Positions 48,905-61,814 of a stretch of DNA of 64,000 bases are shown here, one piece after another. The stretch spans positions 806,001-870,000 of the forward strand of contig CP075495.1 in NCBI GenBank assembly GCA_021613535.1, in the 5' to 3' direction. The position numbers and the translations under genes are program-made. The notes beneath the pieces are model-generated. The model was not told the DNA's origin and made no database searches. It was given only the letters and a program-made list of their open reading frames with translations. This stretch comes from Adineta vaga (lineage: Eukaryota > Animalia > Rotifera). Each line of letters opens with the position of its first letter. Within the stretch, counting starts at the first letter, position 1.

Positions 48905-51900
48905 ATGACTGATACGATAATTGAACATATCAATCATCCAAAACGTCTTTCATCTTCAGCTCCTAATTTAGTTAAATTTAATTCAACAACAACATTTAGT
49001 GATGTTCGAACTTATATTGAAAATGATAATGATGGTTTTTTAAAGGAATATGATTATGATGTTCAAATCTATAATAAAGACGTTGGCATGTATATCATCT
49101 TTAATGACAAATATATAGAACAATATCGTCCATTTGATTTAATTCTTCCAACAACAACAACAAAAGAACAATTAATGTCGAATTTAATTAAATTAAAAGT
49201 TATTTGGAACAAGAAAATTATGTCGGAAGCAATTTCAAGTATATTGAAGGAATTTATATTTAGAAAACAAACTTGTTCTTCGAATTTTTTAGATCCTTTA
49301 GGTGTATTTCCTTTGCCACAGATGACACCAAATCAAACTATGTCCAGTATTTTAGATGTATTCAATTCTGAAATGCCTCCAGTTATAAATTCATCTTTGA
49401 CAACGAATTTTATCTTATCACCATTATGTGATTTACTTGATGATCTTGAAGAAAATGATCGTGATGTTATGAATACAACAGACATAGGTAATATAATTAT
49501 GAAAGAAGATTTCATTTTTGTTAATATGTACAAATATTTTTCATTTAATTAGGATTTAATAATATCACTGATAGTAAGTCTTGACTTCAATAATCATTAT
49601 GATGATATCTTTCTTATGTACGATAGATGGTTCAGATACAACGTCTTTGCCTTATATTAGCAGTGGGACTGTAACTCTCTCTGACCTGCAAACAATAATG
49701 GAAATAAATGATTCAGATTCATCTATACCAACTCTCCTGTTGCTGATTGTATGTGATCTATTTTCGATGATCAACCATTATTTATGTTTGTTTTTAGATG
49801 TTGAAAAAAGTATTCAACAGACTGTCCAGGTAATTAAGCCAATACACAATCAATTAGATGTCAATATTGATGATATTTCATCAACATTCAGTAAATTGAA
49901 TTATGAAAATATTTCTTCAATCCTTCGTTCATATTTTAATATCTTTTCTAGAAGAATCAGCGTCGAGATTTATTCAATGTCGATTGAAAAATTTAGGCAA
50001 TACTTGTTATTTAAATGTTATTTTACAAATGTTCGCTCATACACCATTGTTAAAGGATTTGATTGTTCAAAGTAATCATCGTGAAACATGTACGTATATT
50101 TTTTCGATTTTACCAAAATGAAACTAAGTTGGTACTATTTAGGTCGACGAAATCCTGTTTGTGCCTTTTGTTTAATCGTACAAACATTAAAAGACATGTA
50201 TAAGATGTCTGAAACCAATCAAAATTATGTATATGCACCGAAATCGTTCCAAGATAAATTGGAACTATTGTCATCTCAATTCAAGGGAAAGATGCAACAA
50301 GATTGCCATGAACTTTTAATGAGTTTATTCAACAATATTGATGAACCATCGATTCTATCTAAAGCTTTTGGATTTTATACTCAACGTATTATTCGTTGTA
50401 ATCGCTGTAACAATGGATCAAATCCATCAGAACCTCAAATGATAATCGAATGTAATTTATCTAAAAAACCCTGTGACCTGGTCGATTGTCTGAAATAGTT
50501 ATTTTGACAAGGAATTGTTAAACAATGACGATGTATATATTGTCCAACATGTCAAAGTAAACAGAATGGGAATATTCGAACAGAAATCTGTTCATTACCA
50601 CCAATATTATTAGTCTCATTGAAACGATTTGTAAACCATCAAACAAAACTTGTTTCTCCAGTGACCTACAATGAAATCTTACATTTTGATGACAAATCGT
50701 TGATAGATGGTACTGATGAACAAAAGACATATCATCTCTATGCATTTATTATTCATATTGGAAATGATCTCGACAATGGTCATTATATTTGTTATGTTAG
50801 AAATGAATTGACCAATGAATGGTATGAAGCCAACGATGACTCGTTTCAGAAAGCTGAAAATGTATTTGACAAAAGGGAATCTGTTTATCTTTTATGTTAT
50901 ATACGATCAGATCTTAGTAAATTTGTGATTTTTGATCAATCGAATCTTACAAATACGTCAGGTATATAGCAATTGTCTAAGTTTTGTAGTTTTTTTAAAC
51001 TTATATTTTCAGATATACAAACCAAAGATCCATTGGATGAATTAAAGAAGAAAGTTAATTTTGATTTTTGTGAAGATATTTATCCTTATCAAAGACGTCA
51101 AGGAAAATGTGATGTCTTTGGAGAATTGGGTTCAAAACAGTAATATATTCTCTATGGATACGGAGTTATTACAAAGAAATGTTGATTTTTTATTTAGACT
51201 GAAACAACCAAGTTTTCTCTGGATCAAAGGAGAATTAAGTAAAGTACGCAAACCTAGTTATCCAAAATTAGAGGTAAGCTATTTTATTGATTACATTGAT
51301 AAAACAATCTTTTACTCTAGATAAGCATTCCTGTTGACTTTCAAAAATATAAATGGCTATTAAAAATAACCGTTGTTACAGAAATGAGTGGAAAGAATGG
51401 TATTTATTATTTACAACATGAGAAAAAATTCTTGGGAGATGATTCTCGTCGATTTGATGGTCCATTACTTAATTCAATCGAATTCGAAATAATATTTGAA
51501 AATTCGGGAAAACTAAGTTTCGTACCACTTTTTCATTCCAAACATCAAATAGAGAAGGTATTCGGAAAGGTTGGTACGAAAATCAGTTCACCCGAAGATT
51601 CTTTAGACGATATTTATCAGTAAGATGAAGTTTACTGAAACTATAAGTAATAAAATCTTTTTTTTCTCTGATATAGATTGCTTTTATGTGTTCTTAATGA
51701 AGGAAATTTAGTTGAAGCAAAAATTCTTGCATTAATACCATTTTATAATTCTTTTATGAAAAAATTTGTTTCAATGGAAAATTCCAGCGTATTAGTAACT
51801 GCGAAAAATCAAGGAATTGATTTAAAAAATTTCCAATTATTTTGTGAACTTTATATTGAAGATCATCGATTAAAATATTGTATTTCAAAATGTGCATTAC

Positions 51901-52172
51901 AAGGTTAGTAAGACGTTCTTTGCATACGATTAAAATATTGGTATATTACAGATAATGATGGCACGAAAAAGCAATCAAAACGAAAAATAGAAGGATCAAC
52001 AAAAGAAATTCGAAAGAAACGGAAGTCGTCGAATTCTGAAAAAAGTAAACAAGATGAAAATGAAGAAATTGAAATTGAAGATGGCGTATATCCAGTACCA
52101 AGGTACGATGATTACAAATACGAAAAAATCTTTCTATTTCTTCTTCCATTTAGTGATGATTCAAATGAATAA
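48905..52172 (+). CDS. PB1-like - USP deubiquitinase - Rel-homology-like domain - NLS fusion protein, multi-exon
   Basis: USP Cys box LKNLGNTCYLNVILQ (Cys codon 50005), QQDCHE, His box HIGNDLDNGHYICYVR, WYEANDD; exons 51013-51139, 51198-51273, 51321-51619, 51677-51903, 51952-52102, 52154-52172 give the RHD-like region and KRK...RKKRK; two compensating indels at about 50495-50541. Confidence 0.75.
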
Positions 52173-52481
52173 TAATCTTTTAAATCTTTTTTACGTCAAA
52201 TTGTGATGATCGAGTGTCGTTTTTTTTCCTTCTGTTCAAGTCTTATTATTAGTAATTCGAATAAAATCATCATAAAGGTTTTCTTCTACATAATTTTAAA
52301 TCAAAATAATCACTTGAAACATCTATCAACAAATCTTATGATTCATTCAGTAAACGAAATTCGATCTATTTTTTCTGCAAATAAATAGAATTTGTAATGT
52401 GATCATGCAATAAACTGTTTCTTTCATTTATACGGCAGAGAAAAAACATATTCTGAAAAAAGATCAAATCATTACTTGATC

Positions 52482-54695
52482 ATGTCGCATCAACGAAATT
52501 TCAAAAATTTACCTGTTGAAATTTTCCATATTCTATTTGATTACTTTTCAACACAAGAAATTCTTCGTACTTTTCTCAATATTAGTGATTATTTAAATGA
52601 TATTTTAAATGGTTATTCAAATTGGTCATTGAATTTCAAATCGATTTCACGAGATGATTTTGATTTTATTTGTCATCAAATTCAACCAGAAAAAGTCATT
52701 TCATTAACAATTTCTGATGATTGTGATACACCAGGTCAATCGGAATTATTCTTTTCTCGATTTCAACTTGAACAATTTGTTCATTTACGATGTTTGAGAT
52801 TGATAAATATTGAATTTGAATCATTAGAACATATTTTCACCAATTTACATAAACTAAAACAAATGAAATCGTTTTCATTTCATATTAATTCTATTACATA
52901 TAAATATTATGATAAGAAAATTAATTATTGGAGTAAATTAAAACGACTAAAGCCAACGATTCTCCATTCGTATGCACAAGTCATACCTCATTTAGATCGA
53001 TTAGAAACAGATAATCATACTGTTATATCACGTTTACCATCAATAAATCTTCGTTCTTTAAAAATATGTTTATTTTCTGCTAAGAAACTGAGAAGTATTA
53101 TGAATAAATTACCATATCTTAATTCACTTGATGTATCCCTTCAATTGACAAATGGAAATGATATGAATATTGATTTTGAATCATCTAAATTGACTCGACT
53201 TCACTTAAAAATCTATGGTGAGTTTGTCCCTATATGAGATTTTGTTTTATTCAAGTAATACTAATCTATTTCAGGTCATCAAGTGCAAGTATCGATGAAT
53301 CAAATGGAACAATTCCTTTCAAAATTCTCTTGTTTAAAATATCTTAAATTGATTTTAAAGGGTAAGGATGATCTTGTTGATGGATATCGATGGGAAATGT
53401 TAACAAATTCACTTGTTACATTCGACTTCAAATTTCATGTCGGTTATCGTGTATCACACGATTCTTTTCAAACATTGTTTTGGTTAGAACACAAACATTG
53501 GTATGTTGATTCCCAAAAGAATTGTTTATTCACAATACCTTATTTCTATCCTTCTGATATTACTATTAATACATATTCGTATCAAGCAGTTAACAAAACG
53601 GCTATAAAATATGTAACTTCAATAACCATTGATGATATTCCTAAAGGAATATCTTCTTATTTTACACATGTGAAAAAGTTGTGTCTTAATCGGTCATTTA
53701 CTCATCAAGACATTTTCTTTCTTGTGTCATTGAAACATGTAGAATCTTTATTATTATTTTCAATAACTGATCTATTAAAATTTCAACCCTATGAAATAAC
53801 ACTTCCTAAGTTATCTGAATTAATTATTGAAAATACAATCAAATTCGATGATATTATGCAAATGAAAACTACTACACAAATAAAACAAATTCAAATATTA
53901 AATGTATCAATAGATCATGTCAATTCACATTTCATCTTAAAAGGATTATTTTATTGTTATCCTCATGTCAAACATCTTCGAGTACAATTACCACCTTTTA
54001 TTTCCGTGAAGACATTCATTGATAGTCTTAATATATTTACATATACATCAAATATTTCCTTTTTATCACTTGATCGTTATCCAGATTTCGATTATGTTAT
54101 TGAAAACTCTAAACGACGTGAATTGTCATATCGACTTAAACGAAGTAAATTCTCATGTGGACTTAAACGATCATTCAACAATCTTATTGGAAAAGATTCT
54201 CATTTTTGGATCGCACCACAGGTAAAGCTTTTTTTTCTCCTAATAGAATTCAATGCTTTGTTTTCTATTTAAAAGCACTTACAATCATATTCAACTGTAC
54301 AATGGCCATCAGGATTCGAAAATTCTCGACTAATTATAGAATCTTTTATTTCTGAAGTCGAATATTCAGAACCTTTGTTACAAATACTACGTGCAATAGC
54401 ATTCATTTGTATAATATCTATGCCTTACTTCTGCAAGTTTAATCCTACAGTTGTTCCATTTTCATTCAATTATTTCATTCTGAAGATATTTATAACATTT
54501 TGGTATGTTATTTTATTCATACTTGCATTAATGAACTTTCTTATGTGTAAAAGAATTTTTAATTGGATATGTTATAAGTTACCTTCACGAATTCGCTCGT
54601 TTATTCCAGTTTTTTGTATTTTTATATGTTTTGCATGTATTTTTAATCGTGATCTATTTACGATCATCCGTCAACTATTTGATTTTGTTTTTTAA
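52482..54695 (+). CDS. F-box/LRR-like protein with C-terminal TM segments, copy 1 (3 exons)
   Basis: F-box LPVEIFHILFDYF; Leu-rich repeats; DGYRWE; hydrophobic last exon. Confidence 0.8.
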
Positions 54696-54719
54696 TTGAA
54701 CAAACTAATAAATATCCAT

Positions 54720-55700
54720 AGTTGAATGTGAATGATATCTTCATACATTGTTTAGCAAATGTATTGATGAATAACACGTTAAAAAAAACTAATTTCTCAT
54801 CTTTTATGCATTTATATCGATTTATCTTGATTCAGACTATCGTCGAACTTGTCTATGATCACAACTTTATCACTACTACCACGGTCAGACATCTAGCTTA
54901 TGCGTTGCAGAATAATATCGTGAGATAAAAGATCATTTTATTTCTCTAATATAAACAATTTTCATTATTATCTTATATTACAGACACTGTGATTACATTG
55001 AATCTCTATTGGAACTCTCTCAACTCAGATTTGATCATATGTTTAGTTCCAACGTTACAAAATAACATGGTAAAGTGAGAAAAATAAATATTCTTCTAGT
55101 TGCTTATGTTTTTCAACTCGAATTCTTCAGCATAGACATTAACAAGTGTTGACCTTTCGGATAATATGATCGATACAGATGGACACTGCACTATATTTAG
55201 GTGCGGCTTTGTAGATGAACACGGTTCGCGAATATTTTACTTTCATAGAATGAATATCAATTGAAGAATCAATATAGACACTCATCACTCTAAATCTCGA
55301 TGACAATAATATCGGTATATGCAGCATTTATCACAAATGTTAAAGATAAATACAATAAGAACTTCTGAAAAATACAGACACTTTCTACACTTCATCTTGC
55401 TCGTAATATACTGGTAACAATGAAGGACTACAATATCTATTGCAAGCATTACTCGAAAACAGTATGTGAAAATCTTCTGTAAATTATATTCGAGTTCTTC
55501 ATAACTTTAAGACACTTACCAGACTTGGTCTTGGATGGAATGAAATCGATTCTCACGTTGAACAACTCAGTAATTTATTGAAGAAAAATACAGTTAGTCA
55601 ATTTCATTCTTGATCTACTGATCAATTTATCAATCTGTTTCGATATATAGACATTAACTATATTTGACCTTATCACGAATAACATCGGTAATAAAGTAGA
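54720..55700 (+). pseudogene. Array of decayed ~84-nt LRR exons
   Basis: Repeated AG|ACACT...AAT...|GT units (TLxxLxLxxNxI) with stops and indels. Confidence 0.6.
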
Positions 55701-55952
55701 ATTTTCACTATGTAATTCAATATTAGTTATTTATGTCATGTTCTGATTTTGACACTCAAGAAACTGAGATTTCCATTCAATAGAATCTATGTTGAACTGC
55801 CACCAAATGTCGATGACATTAAAGCGAGTGACAATTCTAAACTTAAATGAAAATTGTTTCATAAAAAAAAGATTGTAGCTGTCATGCTTACCAATGACGC
55901 CATCAACTAACTATATATGTTTTAACAAAAGATAAGAAGTCATTTTAAAATC

Positions 55953-58083
55953 ATGTCACATCAACGAAATTTCAAAACTTTACCTGTTGAAATTTTCCAT
56001 ATTCTATTTGATTACTTTTCAACACAAGAAATTCTTCGTACTTTCCTTAATATTAGTGATTATTTAAATGCTGTTTTAAATGGTTATTCAAATTGGTCAT
56101 TGAATTTCAAATCGATTTCACGAGATGAATTTGATTTTATTTGTCATCAAATTCAACCAGAAAAGGTCATTTCATTAACAATTTCTGATGATTGTGATAC
56201 ACCAGGTCAATCGGAATTATTCTTTTCTCGATTTCAACTTGAACAATTTGTTCATTTACGATGTTTGAGATTGATAAATATTGAATCTGAATCATTAGAA
56301 CATACTTTCACCAATTTACATAAACTAAAACAGATGAAGTCATTTTCATTGAATAGAATATCTATTGATTCTATTGAATCAAAACGATTAGAGCAAATTA
56401 TCTTTGATTCTTTTGTGAAAGTCTTCCCTAATCTATATCGTTTAGCGATCGGTCATAGTTCATTTCTAGAACATTTATCAATACCAAGAGTTCGTTACTT
56501 GAAAATAACAATGTGTTCTACCGATAAACTAAAAACTATTCTGAATGATTCGCCATGTCTTCAATCGTTATGCACAAGTGTATACTTAGAAAATAAAAAT
56601 GATATGAATATTGATTTTGAATCATCTAAATTGACTCGACTTCACTTAAAAATCTATGGTGAGTTTGTCTCTATATGAGATTTTGTTTTATTCAAGTGAT
56701 ACTAATCTATTTCAGGTCATCAAGTGCAAGTATCAATGAACCAAATGGAACAATTCCTTTCAAAATTCTCTTGTTTAAAATATCTTAGATTGATTCTAAA
56801 GGGTAAGGATGATCTTGTTGATGGATATCGATGGGAAATGTTAACAAATTCACTTGTTACATTCAATTTCTACTTTGACATTGGCCATCCTGTAATACTA
56901 AATTCATTTCATAACTTTTATTGGTTAGAAGATAAACATTGGCATGTTCGTTATCAAGATGGTATTGTATTCACGACGCCTTACTTTTATCTTATTCATA
57001 TGAATATAGTTGATCAAAAATATCAATTGTATTCTAAAATGGCTATAAAATATGTAACTTCAATGACGATTTATGATATTCCTAAAGGACTATGTTCTTA
57101 TTTTACGCATATCAAGAAGTTATCTCTTACTGATTCATTTTTGCGTCAACAGATTTCTCCTCTACTTTCATTTGAACATGTAGAATCTTTATCGTTAATT
57201 TCATTCAATGATTTATTAGAATTTCAACCCTATGAAACAACACTTCCTAAGTTATCTAAATTAATCATCAAAGATGCAATCAAATTCGTTGATATTATAC
57301 AAATGAAAACTACACAAATAAAACAGATTCAAATCTTGAAAGTAACAATTGAACATGAAGATTTGATATTAGAAGGGTTATTTTTTTGTTTTCCTCTTAT
57401 TAAATATCTTCAATTATCTTTTCAAAAATCGACTTCTGGAAACAACATAATTCATACTATTGATACATTTATTTATACATCAAAATTTTCAATTTCTTCT
57501 CCTGATGATAAGCTCGATTTCAGTTATGTGGTGAAAAACTCTAAACGACTTCAACCAAGTGAATTCACATATCGAGTTAAACAATCAAACAGACCTCAAT
57601 CGATAGTTTGTCATTGGTGGATTGTGCCGAAGGTAAAATGTTTCATTAGATAATAAATCAAATCATATTTTATTCTTTTTAAAGACTTTTCAATCATATT
57701 CAGCTGTACCATGGCCGTCGAGCTTCAAATATTTTCATCGATATACAAAATTTTTTTTTTCTCAAATAGAAAATTCAATATTTGGTAAAATCACTTTGAC
57801 GCTTTCCAGCCAGTATTGTTCGATATCAATTATGGCGTCTTTAATGTCATTTCTCGATATTAACTCAATATTAATTCAATATTTCAACCCTATAAATTGT
57901 GTATTAATATGGTTTAGTATTCTAATACTTTTTATAATCATGACCAATTCTTTATTCAAAAGTGCTATTGCTTGGATATCTTACAAATTCCCTCCTTCAT
58001 TTCGACCGATTATTCCAGTCGTTACTATCTTATATGGATTTTGCAATTTGTTATTTTTATCGAAATCTACTCCGATCAGCTGA
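55953..58083 (+). CDS. F-box/LRR-like protein with C-terminal TM segments, copy 2 (3 exons)
   Basis: Tandem duplicate of copy 1, offset about 3.47 kb, same exon structure. Confidence 0.8.
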
Positions 58084-58375
58084 GTAGCTGTTTAACTTCA
58101 AATATTACAATAAGAAAGAGTGAAATTTCTTTGTCATTATAACTCAATGTGATTATTGATTTCTAGATATTATACACTTTTTATTTGCACAGGAAATGAT
58201 ATCTATCATCTTGTGAAAAGTATTATTAATTAATATAAAGTGTAGAAGAATCTTTTGTCTTTAATGACTACGCAGAGATTATTGTATCTTTATTTAGACA
58301 CTACGAACACTTATACTTCAAAGTATAATGAGAACACTGATGATCTTCTTGAATAAAAAGAAATATTCCAATGTT

Positions 58376-59423
58376 TTATTCATTTGCAATACTATGAATA
58401 CCATAAAGAACACGTGCGGATGGAACATGTATTTTTGCTCGATCAATATTTTCACTTGAATCATCAAAATAAATTGCTGGATCGATTGCCCGTAGAAAAG
58501 GTGTTTTATCTAATCCACCAAGGAAATGAGTTTCATCAATATCAAGATTCCATTCTTTTAATGTATGAAATACTCGTAAATTGGCGACATCATTACGAGC
58601 AGTAACGAGAAATGTACGAATTCGCCATCGATTTTCTTCATCTAGAGCTTGTCGTACTCGTTGCAATTTAAGAGCGAAAGATTTCATAGGACCTTTGGGC
58701 AAAGCAATTTGCCCTCGATCTTTTTCAAATTGAAAAAACGCTTGTAAACCTTGTGATTTAGCAATTCGTTCTGCTTCATCAGAAAAGAGTACACCATCAC
58801 CATCGAATGCAATACGAACTTGACCATCTGGTCATTGTGATCCATTCGAAGATGTTGGTGCATAATTTATCGCCGAAAGATCGTTTTCAGTTGAACTATA
58901 AGAAGAATTAACTAAAAGTATTTGATATTTTATAAACTTACTTCGATCGCATGATAATCGGTAATGGTTCACTAATGGCACTACAAACTAAACCAGCTGC
59001 AATGCCATCAAACATTTCCGATCCTGATAAAACAGAACGTACTTGTTCTTCTTCTGTTGAAAGAAATAGATCACATTTCTAAGCTGGAAGATAATGTGTA
59101 ACATCTGTTCCACAGGTAAATGACATACGCGTAATACGAAGTTTATAATATTCAAGAGAATAACGTACTCGTTCTCATGCTTCACTATTATTACGTGAAA
59201 CAAGAACAACTTCGACTAAATGCTTTCCAGCGATCTCATTCAAAGCTAAAAATGATTGAACTAATGGAAATCCAACACCAGGTTTCAACGGAATCTTAAC
59301 TCGATCACGTTGATGAGCTTTATATGTTTCCACTCCTTCATGTTTCCATATCTCATGAGATTCACTACAATCAAATAATGCTGTTGATGTAATACAAACA
59401 ACTAGATCGAACGCAGGTGACAT
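58376..59423 (-). pseudogene. 5'-nucleotidase (cN-I/NT5C1 family) with three in-frame stops
   Basis: STALFD, PLKPGVGFPLV, VEVVLVSRN, VRIAFDGDGVLFSDEAE, GPMKSF, LVTAR, FLGGLDK, YFDD; stops TGA 59177, TAG 59081, TGA 58834; one 46-nt intron. Confidence 0.85.
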
Positions 59424-59967
59424 ACTATTTGACTGTTTTTTTCAGAGAACACAAACATTTACTTGGAATTTTTTTCTTCCAACTTCGATTTTTTTTCTCT
59501 TCCTTCATATTGAACTTTTACAAGAAATTGTCAACAAATAAATCACACAAATATCTGAATATGTATTAAAATTTCAAGCATACTTTCATAAAACTAAAGA
59601 AATAATTTCCTATCATAGTATTCAAGTTGTCATGTCGATTCCATCGAGCATATAAAAACAATTATTTTAACAGTTAAGAAAAAAAAAATTATTTAATAAA
59701 TGAAAAAACTTTTTCTACTGCATATTTTCTCTATGTTCACATCGGACGGCATGAAAACTAGAAGAATAAAAATACATTTTCTTCTTTATCATTTAATTAA
59801 TAATATGTAACTATGTCGCCAATTGAATGCTTTTCTTTAGTTTGTTCAACATCATCCACAGGTTGTTTTTTTCTCTCTCATTTGCGCGAAGAATAATTTG
59901 ATAATACAAAAGTTTTCTATATATCTATTTAGATCAATCGAGATATTTGTTAACTAATCAAACAGAG

Positions 59968-61255
59968 ATGTCTGTAATACCAGGTATACATTTCTTTTAA
60001 TATCCGTCTGATTGTTTTCTTAAACTTCTTCGTTTTAGCTGAACAACCTCGAGCAACAGCAACAACAGCAAATACAGCTGATCGTCAAAAACGGCTCACC
60101 CATCAAATTTCCATTGTTGTATCAACATTTTTATTTGCCGGATTAGTTGCATATCCTATTTACATTATCCTTCAGAAAGAATCAAAATCCGTAACAATAA
60201 CACAACCAACATTATCAACATATAGAGAATTATCCGATTCAAATTTGGATATGTTAACATGTACTTGTAGTAATCCAGCAATATCTTATAATAGATTTAT
60301 ACAAATTCAATATACATTACATCAAGTATGTAACAGTAATTTTGTTCAATCAAATTGGATTTCTCATTTGGCTATATTAACTGGATCAAAATTTTGGGCA
60401 GATTTTCGATTAACAAGTTCATCATCATTTCAAACATTATCAACATTTTGTAATTTAATAAAAAATATTATTGAAGATAGTTTAATGCAATTCTATTCGA
60501 ATTCATATATGAGTTTATATATAACATCATTGTCAATATTTCAAACACAAATTCAAGGAATAATTTCACAATTTATTTTCTCAACAACAAATAGATTTTT
60601 ATTATCTTTAGAAATGATTATGAATACGATACAAAATAATGTTTTATTATCTGCTCTACGAACAAATTATTTACAAATGAGCAATAATAGTCAAATTTAT
60701 TCATTACCACAAACTTATGGTAATTGTAGTTGTTCTACGACATCAAAATGTATTATTCCATCAGCTATTTATGGTTATCCATCTCCAACGATTCAATCAT
60801 ATATACCAGGTTTCTATCAAGGTTGTTATATTATTGATGCATTATTACAATCAAATTTACAATGTTTATTCAATCAAACTTGTTTAAATAATTTACAAAG
60901 TTATTTAGATTCACCACCGTCAGTACCAGTCACACCTTTGAATTCATCGATATTAATCCAATTCAGTCCAAATACAAGTATTCATATGCTTATTAAACAT
61001 TTAATGGTAGAAACTTGGAATAGTTCGATAACTTATGATAGTTATTATGATGCATGTCAACCAATGCAATGTACTTATAATATAATAGCTGAAAAAGAAA
61101 GAATCTATGTTACAACAATGTTAATTGGTTTAATTGGTGGTTTAATTGCTATTTTAAATTTTATTATTCCACGAGTGGTCAAATTCTTTGTCTATCTTGG
61201 TCTCAAATCAGAACCAGCAGTTGTTCGAACAATGACAGTTATTTCAAGAAAATAA
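59968..61255 (+). CDS. Two-TM protein with a large Cys-rich extracellular loop (exons 59968-59983, 60039-61255)
   Basis: TM1 ISIVVSTFLFAGLVAYPIYIIL; CTCSNPAISY, LHQVCNS, NCSC, GFYQGC, YYDACQPMQCTY; TM2 LIGLIGGL. Confidence 0.75.
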
Positions 61256-61394
61256 TTTATGAACAAAAAAACACACACTTTATTTCATGCTTTCGCTTCA
61301 TTGAACTTAAAAAACGCTTTTGCTTTTTGAATATATACTTTATTTATAAATAAAAGTCATTTGCTTATTGTTTCTTATTAACATATCGAATTTC

Positions 61395-61800
61395 TTTAAC
61401 TATTTTGACAATTTAAGTTTTTATCAAGTCCATCAAAACTTTTGTAAATTGTTGAACATATTATAGAACAACATAATAACCAAGGAGTTAATCCACCAAG
61501 ACTAAGTTGTGTAATAACTAGACCATATGCAAAATTATAAACTGAATGATGACAATAATTATTTGAAGTTGAATCATTGAACTGTACATGAAATTTAACA
61601 CTAAATATCCAAACACAACCCTATAGAAATACAAAGACAATTCGAATTGTTTATTCTCAATTCTATTTATTTACAGTTATTGTCCATGCAAAGAAAAACA
61701 TGAACAAGATAAATGTTATACAGGAAAAACATGCAATACATGCATAATCTCGTCTTCTCCTGTCTTCTTTATTGTAACAACACCAAACTTTGCATATTAA
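61395..61800 (-). pseudogene. 3' exons of a TMEM272-like membrane protein; 5' part missing beyond the transposon
   Basis: FILFMFFFAWTIT|GCVWIFSV...NYCHHSVYNFAY pattern. Confidence 0.5.
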
Positions 61801-61814
61801 CTACAAATAAATAT

